A stretch of 64,000 bases of DNA from Octopus bimaculoides (lineage: Eukaryota). Where the stretch lies: contig NC_068992.1 in the NCBI RefSeq assembly GCF_001194135.2, forward strand, positions 13,751,584 through 13,815,583, read 5' to 3'. The notes below the pieces were generated by a model, which worked only from the letters and a program-made list of their open reading frames with translations, did not search any database and was not told where the DNA came from. The translations under genes were made by a program, and so were the position numbers. This document shows positions 24,571-38,302 of this stretch, piece by piece (the first letter of the stretch is position 1; the number at the start of each line of letters is the position of its first letter).

Positions 24571-25581
24571 GTGTATCTGTTTGTGTGCATTTCTGCGCGC
24601 ATGCGCATGTGCATATATTTTATGCATAGGTGCCTATGCATGTATGCATACACACACACACACACACACACATACATATACTTTTTGATATAGGCCTACC
24701 TTTGTGTTTCGTTTTGTATGTGTTTCCATCTGTTATTCAAATCCATATTTATGTGAATAAATGTATATGCTATTAAGAATAGAAAAAATGTTATACTTAA
24801 GAATTTTGTATTAAATTAGATAAAGAAAACTATTCGCATATTTTCTTTAGTCCATTAAATAGCTATATTAGGAAATGCACTTGCTTAACTTGTGGATACC
24901 GCCTAATTGAACTCATACTGTCTGTTACAGGTGCATTTCTCTTGAGGTATCTTACGAATATTTCTCAACCTTGTATACAATAGATTATTGATGGTATCAT
25001 AAAATATATTATTTTTTCTCCATTACCTTGTAGAGTTTTATTGCCAATATTTAATAACATAGTCATAAGTAACTACTTTCTTAGTTGTATTACATACTTG
25101 ACATTTTGATTTATATATAGGCTTGCATCTTTGTGTGTATGTGTACACATAAAGTTACACTTACGTATATGTGTGTAAGGGGGTGTGCATATATATTTTT
25201 ATACGTACCAATATAAAGACAAAGTTTAGAAAGACACCATCGAAGGCTGTCAAGTCATATTTCTTTCATGTTTGATTATCGATTGAACAAACTGGAGCAT
25301 CATATCGATTCTGAATGCCTTTAACTATCGCAAAAGCAAATATAAGCCCTCTTTTCATTGCATACATTTAATATTCTACATTGCTCATGTTGCTCATATA
25401 TTCTATGATAATCGAAAGCTGTTTTTTCAGCAACTGAATATCCAATCTCTGATTCCATTTCAATGGTTCATAGCACAATTTCAAGACAGAGGTGCTGGAA
25501 TCGAAAACAAATATTCGGAAAATTCATCTAGCCATATTCTAGGATATTATCCAACGCCACTACTTTAAGTATACATAGAAG

Positions 25582-25615
<34 letters not shown>

Positions 25616-25959
25616 GCATATATACATGCGTGTATGTGTGGATGTGTGGATGAGTGTATGTATGTATATGTATATATATATATACATATATATGTATGCA
25701 TGTTTGTATATACATCCACATATAAGCATAAGAATATGTGTGTGTATTTGCGTATTTGTATGTATATATACATGATGGTTGCCATCTTGTAAGCGAGTGT
25801 TGCCATCAATGTCAAAGAGATGCCTGTGCAAAATTTTATATATCTGATAAAGCTTCCAAAAACATAGACAGTTTCCACCCGATTGTCATGATCCAGACAC
25901 AAGCCGATACACGTTATCTAATGTCAGTATAATCCTAGATTTCACAAACTGGGTAGGGG

Positions 25960-27790
25960 TGGCAATGATGATAAGCGCAAATAAAGATACCCCAAATCAT
26001 GTAGCGGAAAATAATGCGGAAAAGGAAACGAGAAACGCAAAACCCGAAATCAGCGAAGATCTTGGGAAATTATGTGAAATCGTCAAAACATTTTCTGAAG
26101 AAAAGATAACCAAGAACAACAAAACGACGAACCACATAGTGTTTATACAATGAATACAGGATACCAGGCGGCGAGCTGGTATAAACGTTAGTATGCCGGA
26201 CGAAATGCTTAGCGGTATTTCGTCTGCCGTTACATTCTATGTTCAAATTCTGTATTCATCCTTTTGGGGTCGATATAAATTAAGTACCAGTTACGCACTG
26301 CGGTCGATGTAATCGACTTAATCCCTTTGTCTGTCCTTGTTTGTCCCCTCTACTGTAGGCAATAAAGAAATAAGAAACGTAAGCGCGCCGGGTGAAATGC
26401 TGAGCGGTATTTTGACTGTCTTTACGTTCTGAGATCAAATTCCGCCGAGGTCGACATTGCCTTTCATCCTTTCGGGGTTCATACATTAAGTACAATTTGC
26501 GTACTGGACAGGATTTAATCAGATGGCTCCCTTCCCCAAAAATTTCGGGACTTGAGCCTAGAGTGGAAACGAATAAATACAGCACATCTAATTTAAAACC
26601 TCATGGTATCAAAATGAACTATTCGATGCCTCGGTGGGTTCATAGGACAGTGAAGATATATGCGATTTATTTGATTTAAATAACACCATCGTAATTCAAA
26701 ATTTCCCAGCCACTACATCGGTATATCCCACAACGATATTTTAGTGGTATCACATTATTGTAATGGCGACGCTATGGATTCCTTTAGAAAGCAATTAATT
26801 TTTGATCGATTCTTTACGACTTGAAACATCTATCGATACCCACCTAACTAGAGTAAGCTTTTTAGATGTTTCTCCAGATATGAAAACTAATTGACTTAAG
26901 TCCTTCCGCAATACTAACGGAAACCTTGAATATATTAATAAACGCTCCTGCCACGCACCTATTTTATTTTTTAAATTAGCTCCAAATATTAGTCGTAGGA
27001 TTACATGTCTTTCTTCTCAACAAATATTCAAAAATGCTTCCCCATATTATATAACAAGACCCTACGGGGTAGTTGCTTTACAGATAAAATGTTCCACTGC
27101 ACCTACCTCCTCTATCATCTTGTCAAAAGAATAGGTCTCACCTTTCACCCTTAATGTTAGAACAAATGTAGAGAAAGATTCTTGCTCTTAGTAGATACCC
27201 ACCTCTATAGAACCCATTGGTACGATAGAAATCTTTAACAGGCATACGATAAAAGTTAACTTTTCTTGTCCTCTTAATGTTATGCCGTAAATCAAGAAGG
27301 AACGGCGGACTCAAGCCTAACTTGGATTCACATATAGAGAAACATCTAAATGTTCTCAACGAAAGGAGTGCGATATATCGTCCGTTGTTTATGAGGCACA
27401 GGTTTCCGCTAACTTCTATAATGATCGTACAGATGTCAAAAGTTATATTGCAGCTGTGGAAGCAAAATTTAAATCTAGATATAGCAACTGTCTTTCAAAT
27501 TTTAGGTATTGTGTTAAAAGACATTCAACGACCTTTTCGGCTTTAATCTGAAAAGTTGAAGTTGAAGGGATTAGTTTCAACATCAAATGGAAAATTGTCT
27601 CCAAATGCAGACCCTATAATAACTGGTCTAAAAATGTTCAATGCCTTGTGTTCTCTTGAAAAATGTATCTATTAAAATGCTTCAGAACCTCAAAAGAATA
27701 CAAAAATTACAGGGACGAGATTTTTTCTCTAACTCAGCATTTCAAGAAATACGTCTTGTCGGTATTTCAAAGTAGACCACCAGACACTTA
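25960..27790 (+). mobile_element. Penelope-like element remnant (RT + linker + GIY-YIG endonuclease), interrupted by a SINE dimer
   Basis: FDASVGS*DSEDICDL (RT4; FDVTMGSYDGAEICEL), VSFLDVS (RT7), YINKRSCHAP...ISRRITCLSS, NVRTNV...IFNRHTIKVNFSC, SSVVYEAQV...SYI.SCGSKFKSRYSN (GIY-YIG), FNIKWKIVSKCRPY. The part upstream of the SINEs (25960-26160) is tentative. Confidence 0.85.
26167..26575 (+). mobile_element. SINE family B dimer (young-type unit joined at nt 16 of an older-type unit)
   Basis: Head GGCGGCGAGCTGG at 26167; junction ...aataaagaaataa|gaaacgtaagcgcgccggg at 26373/26374. Confidence 0.9.
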
Positions 27791-29281
27791 GTAAACAATT
27801 AACATATTGTTTACGTCTGCTTCACATCGAGTTATAGCAACATTGGTTATCTCCCTTGTGATTTTCTTCGTGTTTTCTGCTTTACAAGCGTCTCATATTT
27901 AAACGTTATCTGCCCAAAGGACAACTGACAAAATATCGTAGTAAGTAATTGTTTCGAACACGAAAAACTGGGTAAATATATTTACAAAATGTGTGGGTTT
28001 TGTTTTAAGTTAAGATTATATTTGCGTGTGTGTGTGTATGTGTGTCTGTATTTGTGAGAGAGAGAGTCCCGATAAGCATATATATATATATATATATATA
28101 TGCATGGGTGTATACATATCTGCATATATACTCTACTCTATGTAATGGCTGTATTCCTTATCTTTTGGAAGAGTTCTTCATCGGCCACGAATGTTTGAGG
28201 ATTTGCTGAAGTTTTGTTGCATCCAAAGTAAAGTGATATGTTCTCAAGCTGTTAATTATAGAAAACTCCACAGATATTCAAATGCTTCGCATCAACAGCC
28301 AGCAGGCTTTATACACAGCCACAATATTTGAGTAAAATTAAGGAAATCGCTAGGATGTCAACATTTAGTTAAAAGTTTAAAATTGGAAGTGAAGCATTTT
28401 TAATTGTTGAAATTATCCAGTGTGATTTTTCGTTTCCGTATTAGCGAGATAAAAGACAATGAAATTTTCAAAGACGCACAGGAAGACGATAGAAGTAGAG
28501 GACATATATATTACATATAAGAAAAAGATGTTTGATCTACAATCAATATAGAAAGGTAACATAATAAAAAGCAACAAAAACTAGGTATTTCCAGCACTTT
28601 TCTTCGTTTAACTCAAACTGAAAGAAATATGTTTACTTATCTTTTACATTTGCATATCAATATCTTTCGATTTTTTAGCATGAATGTNNNNNNNNNNNNN
28701 NNNNNNNNNNNNNNNNNNNNNNNNNNNNNNNNNNNNNNNNNNNNNNTATATATATATATATATATCATCATCATCATCATTATCATCATCATCCAGTGTA
28801 TGCATAAAACAATATATACAATCAGTGCATTAAGAAGCACCATCTTTGCTAAAAGTAGGACTCATAAAAAACTACGAAGTAATCATATATATACTTATAA
28901 GGTAAATATATTTAAAAAATGGTTGCATCTGTGGCCTAGCGCACAAAAATGACCGTATAGGTAACATACATTTTTTACGTATATATTGCAAACACTGATG
29001 TCTTGGGTATGGCATTCTGTCGGTGACTTTGGCAGAACATATATTAGCATATAAGTGTTCTTTACCCTTATGTGCAAGTGTCCGGTAGTGCTCTCGATTT
29101 AGGATTCACTATATTTGCTACATCTAGTTTCATACACCTCGTAAAAACGAAGGTATATATTTTTTCTGTTTAATCGAGTAGTAGGGTAATATAGATTAGT
29201 GTAGGAAAGAATATATATACAGCATCTTTTGGGTTTTAGTTAAATTCCCTTTGAATTTAAAGTCATAAGCATTTTTGTTAG

Positions 29282-29405
29282 GACACTCTGCGAGAAGGCC
29301 ATTACAATATAGAATATACTCAAAGATATGCAATAAAATTTGAAGATGAGCACTCTGATAACAGCGGTTTCTCATCTGTGCTTGATTTTGAACTCAAAAT
29401 TATAG
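29282..29405 (+). CDS. Candidate 124-nt exon, phase 0 to 1 (DTLREGHYNIEYTQRYAIKFEDEHSDNSGFSSVLDFELKII)
   Basis: Acceptor catttttgttag|, donor G|gtaacg; only one frame is open, and it is bounded by stops just outside the splice sites. No family recognised with certainty. Confidence 0.3.
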
Positions 29406-29636
29406 GTAACGGATCCATCTCCTGTAACTTTTGAAGAAGATCGGTGTGCAAGTGCCTCTTTGTGCATTATAATACATTCACATCCATCAAAGTCAAGATA
29501 GACTTTGTTAGAAATAAGTTCCACATAAGAATTAGTAAATAGAGCGAAACAGTAAACAAAAACACCAACACCATACATTACGAAAAAAATGTCTTACTTG
29601 TGAAGAACTATGCAAAATTTTTCCCCAAATGCCAGG

Positions 29637-30243
29637 ATATTCTTTTCTCATCTAGGGACAAGGCTCGAAATTTTGGGGGAAGTTTATCGACTCCGAAAGG
29701 ATGAAAGGCAAAGTCGACCTCGGCAGATTTTGAACTCAGAACGTAACGGCAGACGAAATACCGCTAAGTATTTCGCCCGTCGTGCTAACGTTACTTATTT
29801 CTTTATTGCCCACATGGGGCTAAACATAGAGGGTACAAACAAGGACAGACAAAGGGATTAAGTCGATTACATCGACCCCAGTGCGTAACTGGTACTTAAT
29901 TTATCGACCCCGAAAGGATGAAAGGCAAAGTCGACCTCGGCGGAATTTGAACTCACAACGTAGCAGTAGACGAAATACCACTCAGCATTTCGCCCGGTTA
30001 GCTAACGTTTCTTATTAATTTAATGCCCACAAGGGGCTACACACAGAGGGGACAAACAAGGACAGACAAACGGATTAAGTCGATTATATTGACCCCAGTG
30101 CGTAACTGGTACTTATTTAATCGATCCCGAAAGGATGAAAGGCAAAGTCGACCTCGGCGGAATTTGAACTCAGAACGTAGCGGCAGACGAATTACCGCTA
30201 AGCATTCCACCCGGCGTGCTGTCGTTTCTGCCAGCTCTCCACC
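29637..30243 (-). mobile_element. SINE family B head-to-tail trimer
   Basis: Units 29637-29794, 29795-30011 and 30012-30243; flanked by a 14-bp TSD-like pair, aatgccaggatatt (29628-29641) and aaggccaggctatt (30249-30262). Confidence 0.92.
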
Positions 30244-30287
30244 TTATAAAGGCCAGGCTATTAACAGACCACCTACCAAAACATTGA

Positions 30288-30575
30288 ACGAGTGGTGACG
30301 TTCATTTTTGTAAATAACTGAGATCGTAAGTTCGATTTCTGGACCGAGCTGTGTGTTGTGTTCTTGGTCAAGGAATTCTATTTTGCGTCGATCCAGTTCA
30401 ATCAGATGTAGAAAAGAAATGCGACGTCAGTGGGGCAAAGTGGTTTCATCTTGCCTATCCTCTGGACAACGTTGGTGATGTGAAAAGGAGTGAACGGCAT
30501 GCATGGGAGACTGCTGGTCTTCCATAAAACAACCTTCCCTGCTTCGTAGGGGAATTTACTTGATGCAAACTCATG
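30288..30575 (+). mobile_element. SINE family C, diverged
   Basis: gttcgatttctggacc...gttgtgttcttggtcaagg...gcatgggagactgctggtcttccataaaacaacc is collinear with 44627-44950. Confidence 0.7.
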
Positions 30576-30867
30576 GTTTGTGTGTGTGTGTGTCTGTGTG
30601 TGTAAGCGTCTGTTTGGGCGCGCGTGCGTGTGTGTGTTCCCACTTAATCAGTGGAACTTGAAGTACATAAAGCTACGCATAACAGGATGTAAATATTGGA
30701 CTAAAAATGATAGGGGTAACAAAATACGGAATATCATTCGTTTTTATTTGTAGCTTTACCTACTTCGACTTCCACAGTTCAAAACATTATTATTTCAAGT
30801 TTCTCAAACTTTGTATTTCCTTATGACGTAAATACACACACACGCAAATAGATCGATCGATAGATAG

Positions 30868-30916
<49 letters not shown>

Positions 30917-31713
30917 AGATAATTGCATACACAATACATTTTGTATGATTATTACTGTATTTCCTGTGTTATAATTGCATAAACTGCCATTTGATGAGGT
31001 GTCAGTTTGTTTATTTCACAGAGGCGTTCCACTTACTTTACTGTTTGTTATCAACACACCCGTAGATCGCACCGTAACCATTCCACCTTGGTAAAATTAC
31101 AGTTATCACGATAATATCGACTTTTGATTAAATGTATAAAAGTTTAAGTGTAACCTTTCATCTGTTTTATTTTAGTCTTCTGCGTGCGTATGTTTATGTG
31201 TGTATATATATATGTATGTGCATGCGGGCGCATGTGTGTGAATTCGTGAATTAGAGAGAGTGGGTGTGTTCGTAGAGTTTCACCCTTTTTTAATGTTTCT
31301 TCTGAGATTCTCTATATTTGAAAGACAACGAAATAATATTCAAAACAAAACAGGAAAACGATGTAAAAACAGGAAATATTCACTAAATATAATGAAGAAA
31401 TAGAAGAGAATATAATATATAAATAAAAGAAAGAATGATAATAAAGAGTCACAAGAGTCAAAAGAAAACTATCCACTTCCTGAGTATTTTTTTTCTTCTC
31501 TCAAACTGTCCTGAAATAATACAGGCTTTCTGTTTTTTTTTCAAATTTGCATATCTATTTCTTTCGCTTTGTTCACTGTTTATATGCGTATATATGTACA
31601 TGTGTTAGTGGAAATATATATGTGTGTAAATGTGTATGTGTGCGTGTTTAGGGTTATTTGTATACATGTATGTATGAATATATGTATATAGAAGTTTGTA
31701 CATGTAAACACGC

Positions 31714-31764
<51 letters not shown>

Positions 31765-33199
31765 TATGTATACATATATATATATACGTGTGTATATGCA
31801 TCAATGAATACGTGTAAATGTGTATGTATTTTATTTCTGCCTTATCGGAATATCAGTAAATGAAAGCTATTTTTGAAACGTATCATGAAAGGTTGATCGG
31901 CTTAGACAACGACACATCAAAAATCATAAACAAGTTAAAAATATTCAGAAAGCTTAAAGAAAATACGTGTGAAAATGAAAGAAATTACAAAGAATATTAA
32001 GATAAAGTAGGAAAATATATCGAGAGAAATTTAAAACAAACAGACACATATACACCGAAATATACACGCATGTACACATACAACCAAAAAGACTAAAAGA
32101 AAGAAATTTAAATTTGAAATCAATATTCAGAATAGATATTTTTTTCCCTGGTTGCATATGTTTGGGTGCAAGATTCCTGAATGCTGCATCTCTGAAAACA
32201 GAAGCAAGGAAAAGAAAGAAAATATAAGTGTTGGTTTAGTTTTCAATGTGTAAATTCACGCATAAATGAAGAATTTCAAAACAATGCATCATATCTTTGT
32301 TTAGAGTAGAAAAAATACAGAAAGGTATAGCAAAATATTTTCTTCTTTCTGTGAAGAATATCGATTTCTTTATATTGGAGCATAGCCAGAAATATGTAGG
32401 GGAAGTGTAGAGTCGATTAGATTGATCTCTATACATAACTGGTATTTATTTTATCGGCCGCAAATTGTAGGCATGTATAATACACCTCGTTGCTATTTGA
32501 ACTCGGCAACTGAAAATGCAATTTTAAAAATTAGTTGCTCTATTGCGTTTCATTTACACTGAATTCAATGCGTTCTCTCTGAGCGAGATATCGATTTTGT
32601 CTTCGACAGAATTTTGTACTCGACTTAATCGATTATTTCTTCTGACTGGTTGTTATCTATGAGAACCTATATGTACGCATACATTCACACACGCACGCAC
32701 ACATCTATATATATATATATATATATATATAAATATACACATACACACATATACGTTTATACATGTATGAAAATGTTTATGTATGTATGTATGCATGTAT
32801 GTATGTATGTATGTATGCTTGTATGTATGTATGTATGCACGTATGTATGTGCATATGCACATACGAATGTACGTATGTTTCAAACAACAGTGCGCGTGAT
32901 GCAAGTATTTTAAAGGTTTTGAAGTTGTGATACTCAGCAGTTTTCTCATTCATTATGACAATGCTGAGGGCAAGTATGGTGGTGGTGCTTTTTCACTTCC
33001 TATCTTCCGCCGAGAGAGAGAGAGAGAGAGGGGGGGGAGACAAACAGACAGACTGAGACACAGAGATGACGCTGGATATCTTTCAGCGAATAGAAAGAAT
33101 ACACTAAACTTTGCTTCCAAGGTGAAGGCACCAAAAGTTACAGGAGATTTAAATAGAACAGTATACAAACTCCATGTAGGTATGCTGGATATCAGTATG

Positions 33200-34250
33200 A
33201 GTTCCTTCTGTGTTCTCGAGTACATTAGGCCAAGCTAATACCACCAGTTTCTGTTGGTTGCTGCTTTTTTGCCTTCGTACTATGTGCTGTTGGAAACACT
33301 CTTGTTTAATGCAGAAACCAATGCTAGGTCAACACACAACACATTTTATTTGGATATGGAATACGATTAATTATATCGGCCATGAATGTTCTGCGCCTTG
33401 TAGCTTTAGATCTTTTTCAGCTTCTTTCAAACTTGCGAGGTGTCCATTTAAAAGCGGTTTTAGAATCGATTTCTTCTGCTAACAGAAGTATTTAACATGC
33501 TAACTTTAATGCTCTTTCCCTTATAATTTCGCTGAGAAAGTGTCTGCTGGTTCTTTTCAGAATGTTTGCATTTGTTATGCGGTCGTACAAGTACATTCTT
33601 GGAATCGTTCTGAAGAACCTTTGATAGAACACATCAATATTTCTGTGTATTCTTCCCGATATTCTTCGATGTCTCACTGATAGTAGCGACCTGTCTACGA
33701 GTAGTGTAGAAATGAACCTAGATTCAACTAATGATGCATTCAGTAAAACGTAGGCGGGATCAATAAACACAGAACAAATCAAAAACTGACGATCTCAGGT
33801 ATCTCTATAATCAAAGCAAGTATGAAGTGTGTTGGAAGGCAAGCACTGGCCACCGTCTGCAGGCTTACTTACAACAAATCAAACTGGTTCTTGATAAAAC
33901 AAAGCTACACACCACAAAACGTGACAACTATTCTTTTCCAATTACAAATTATCGAACTGATGAAGATTGGTTCACTCGACATAGAAAATGTTCAAAATGC
34001 CTTAACAAATTCAAAAATCAAACAGAAGTGCAACGTCAGGAAACAATCCGGCTAGTATCTGGGAAATTTTAGTCTTTCGCAGACAACTTTTGGACATTTT
34101 TAAAGAGACATATAAAAGAAAGAAACCAAAATCTTTCATAAAGTTTTCAAATATTCCACTCACAGAGAAAGGTGATCGCTATCTTCAGAGGAATTACCAG
34201 TCATCACTACTAGCTAAGCAATTCAACATATATGAAAGTAGCAGAGCTCA
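33200..34250 (-). mobile_element. RTE-clade LINE RT/C-terminal fragment, decayed
   Basis: FISTLL...IDVFYQRFFRTIPRMYLYDRITNANILKRT...EIIRERALKLA...AFKWTP...TRRRTF matches RTE (FHQRCLRRIL.I.WQDRITNEEVL...RRLRWAGH); LFPDVALL as a degenerate LFADD upstream. Confidence 0.8.
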
Positions 34251-34710
34251 ATCTTTAGAAAGAATTCGGAAAGTAATTCGACTTGGAGAGAAATTACTCT
34301 CTTCTCATATCTTATTTCAGGCCTCATTCTTTCAGATTCTGAAATAAGGTGTCAAGTCCGTTGCCAATCTTCCTTCGCTAAACAGTTAAATAAATAACAC
34401 CACACGGCCTGAAATATAGAAATATTCCTTCAAAATTTTAGTTCTAAATTCCCGCTTATAGTAAATGGAACGTTGATAGTTTGCATAATTGTGTTTCGAT
34501 GTACTCAATCAGAGTCGACAAGTGATTAAAAGTAGTTATAAATTGTTCGGGCCAAGTTATCAAGAAAATCTTTCGAAGGGTCATCTTTCCTTCCCTCATA
34601 CCTAACGATATATTTCATCATTTATTCTGCCTAGTTTCCCTTCCACAATATTTCTATTACGTTTTCAATTCAAAAGCGCGTTCGTACACACACGCACACA
34701 CACACACTCA

Positions 34711-34796
<86 letters not shown>

Positions 34797-36464
34797 CGCA
34801 AACAAATAATTTTCCTTATGGGTAAATATAAATACAGACTCGTATATATGTGCTTGTGTGCTTAAAGTATGAAGACTCTATTTGTTACTTCATTTTTGTT
34901 CCTTTGGCATCGTCCTCAGTGGCCTTATTTCCAAACGATGCAGCTGTAGTAAGGTGGGCTTCCTAAACCTAGAATAGAATGCAAAGTGCCGGAGGAGATA
35001 ATGCAAGCCATCTTACCTGATTCTCTAATATTTCAGTAGCACCTTTGCTTTGGTTACGTCATTTATTGATCGTGTGTGAGTAGACAAGTTGCAAGAGAAT
35101 TGAACTGTGAACGCAAAAAGCCGGATTATAAACTACAATATATTCTATCCATCGTTCTAAAGACTTCGACAATAGTTTCCACACAATTATTTCTTCAGGC
35201 AATGGTACTAATCCGCCTCTCAGCTTTTGATTCGTGATATGACAACGAAAACAAAAACTTCAAATAATTATCTTAATATCCACGGCGCGTCTCTGTTATC
35301 AATGAAACGTGTTATTTTTTTTCTGTATTCTCTTTTATACCAAAATTTACATTTAGAAAATTATATGCTGGCGTATCATTGTCTATGTGTTCGCTTATCT
35401 CGTCTAGTGTATGCTTACTTGTGATTCATCTTCACTGTATATATTTGAAAGAAGTCATAACTGATATTTGATAAAAGAAAACAAAAAATGGTAGATAAAA
35501 ATATAATCCACGGAGAGTGGTGCTTGTCTGCGTCTGTTAAAATTGTTTCTATTGATATAAAAGTAAAATTATTTAAGTCGGTATGCCACTTTGAATGAAA
35601 ATCACAAACGTTTCGGAGACAAGTCCATTATCGAAGATAAACTAAAGTATTAGTCTAAACAGAATAGGAAGAAGAGCGAAAGGGAAAGGAACAGAACCTG
35701 ACGTAGTGTAGATGTCATTGAATTGTCTTTGTGTAGTAAGGATTTGACTGGAGATGGAGAAGGAGAGAGAGAGAGAGTGATCAACAAAGAGGAGAGAAAT
35801 ATGACGAATTGTTCTGGATATAAACAGAAAGAATATTCGACAGGGAGATGTGGTGAGATTTTAAAAAATGTAGCTGCAATAAAAAAGAAAACAGATACAG
35901 CGAAGAGTACGCTGTTTCAGTTCGGAGAGAAGTTGAAAATGGGAGATTAATCTAAACGGGAAGCATGCAGAAGAACAATATGAAATAGGCTGAGAGCCAG
36001 TAAGAAAACAGAATATTGATGTGAAGATGTAGAGCAAATGAAATAAAAATTACAGGTTTACATACCAACTCATATGTACAAATATCAGAGATGTGGTTAC
36101 ACAGAGAAGTAAATTCATGTATACGTGTGTGACTGAATTTAACCATTGACGAAGAAAATTGTTTGTATGCCTAAGAGGATGGAATTAGAAAGAGTATGAT
36201 GTGTTAATGTAACAGGAGTTCACATTGCTCTGTTAGTATGTCTTAAATGCACGAGGGAAAATCCATTCAATTCGACAGACGTAAACAATATTTTAAGCAA
36301 CCATAGGGACATAACGAATCGATTTCTGCATGTACCCACAGGCGACGATATTTACGTTGAGCATTCGCTGGTACCGCATGTATATATTGTGATGCATATA
36401 CATGCCTGCAGACACACATATAGACACGCTCATACACACAGATATGTACATACCTGTATATATA

Positions 36465-36521
<57 letters not shown>

Positions 36522-37212
36522 TAAAAGCATTTCTACGTTTGTGGCTCTTTAAAATTTCACCAAATAAGATTTACCTGACAAATCTCCGAAATCGATGACA
36601 GATATTTGAAACTCATTCTGAAAAATCGGGTTAGTAACACAGACTGGCGACAAAATACGAAGCGAATAGTGTTTTTCATAGAAATTTAATCATCCTCTTT
36701 CTTTTATCATCTCATCTTCGTATCAACAAATTGTTCTAGCGATAACCTGATTTACGTTTCAATTACTTTTGCATTTGTTGTAGTATTTTATTTTTAACTG
36801 ACAAAGAAATTTTGTAATTTAATTTCATTGTCGTTTCCTTTAATTACTCGGTGGAATCTAAGACGAACGCTGTTGGTCCGGATTATTCCTTTCAGTGTGA
36901 CGAATTGTCACGTCTGATTCAATGAATTAAATTTGACTTGTACAAGTGACTTCCTGTCACGTTTCAAATCATTATTCAAATGTAGACATATCTATGACAC
37001 GCACATCTATATACATTCATATATACAGAACATACATACATACACACACGCTCACATATTTATCTAAATACATTACATATATATGTGTATATGTGTGTAT
37101 GTGTGTGCGTGTGTGTGTATGCATACATAAATGTAAGCATATATACGTGTGCATCTAGTATACATACCTCCATGTGTACTTATGATTAAATACGTGTATA
37201 TATCATCTGTGC

Positions 37213-37262
<50 letters not shown>

Positions 37263-37993
37263 GTATGTATGTATGTGTGTGTGTGTGTAAAATTTTGATA
37301 TTTTGATTTTTCATATGAGAAGAATTTTCTGAAAAGCAAGAGACCATGTATTTCTGGGGACTCAATCGAATAAGTAAATTCAAATTTAATATAAAATTTA
37401 ATTTTCTCAGGACTTCAAGATAGACTCGAGTCTTTAAACCGCCGTTAACGATAAATCTCTTCTTTGTAATTTAAGTATTAAGATAAAATAGCAAATTCAT
37501 CTGAAGAAAACAGTTTAAAGTGCTAAATTACAACTCTAGTTATAATTTTTTTTAGTATCAGAAATTCGAACATGTTATATAATTTAAGACTAAATCTTTT
37601 ATAATTATACTTGAAATTTAATGAATGGAATGCAAATAGGTAAAGAAATGAAATATATTTTCCGTAAGGGAGAATTAGAGAACGGTCAAATTAAGTAATT
37701 AAATCGAAGTGAATAATTTCTATTTAAATCATTCGCGCCGAACAGAAAAATATAGAACTGGCAATTTGTATGTTCCATTCATACAAAGTACGTTGGTGTA
37801 AGGATTCATAAGTGTCTATTTTCGTTTTTGTTTTGTTTTGTTTTTTTGTAATCAAGTGTGTGAGCGCGTGAGCGCGTGCGTATTATTTTGTTCTAAATTT
37901 ACGGTACTTGTAAATAATTCAAGCATTCGTATTTTAACGATAAAAATATTCACTTCAAACATTACTATATTTGGTATAATCCGTCGATATATT

Positions 37994-38034
<41 letters not shown>

Positions 38035-38252
38035 NNNNNNNNNNNNNNNNNNNNNNNNNNNNNNNNNNNNNNNNNNNNNNNNNNNNNNNNNNNNNNNNNN
38101 NNNNNNNNNNNNNNNNNNNNNNNNNNNNNNNNNNNNNNNNNNNNNNNNNNNNNNNNNNNNNNNNNNNNNNNNNNNNNNNNNNNNNNNNNNNNNNNNNNNN
38201 NNNNNNNNNNNNNNNNNNNNNNNNNNNNNNNNNNNNNNNNNNNNNNNNNNNN

Positions 38253-38302
<50 letters not shown>

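Noticed and set aside
32070-32200. Minus-strand candidate exons (strong acceptor near 32190; another at about 52040-52130)
   Set aside because: No recognisable peptide. Their presence shows that splice-like patterns occur on both strands by chance, which is why all exon calls are low confidence.
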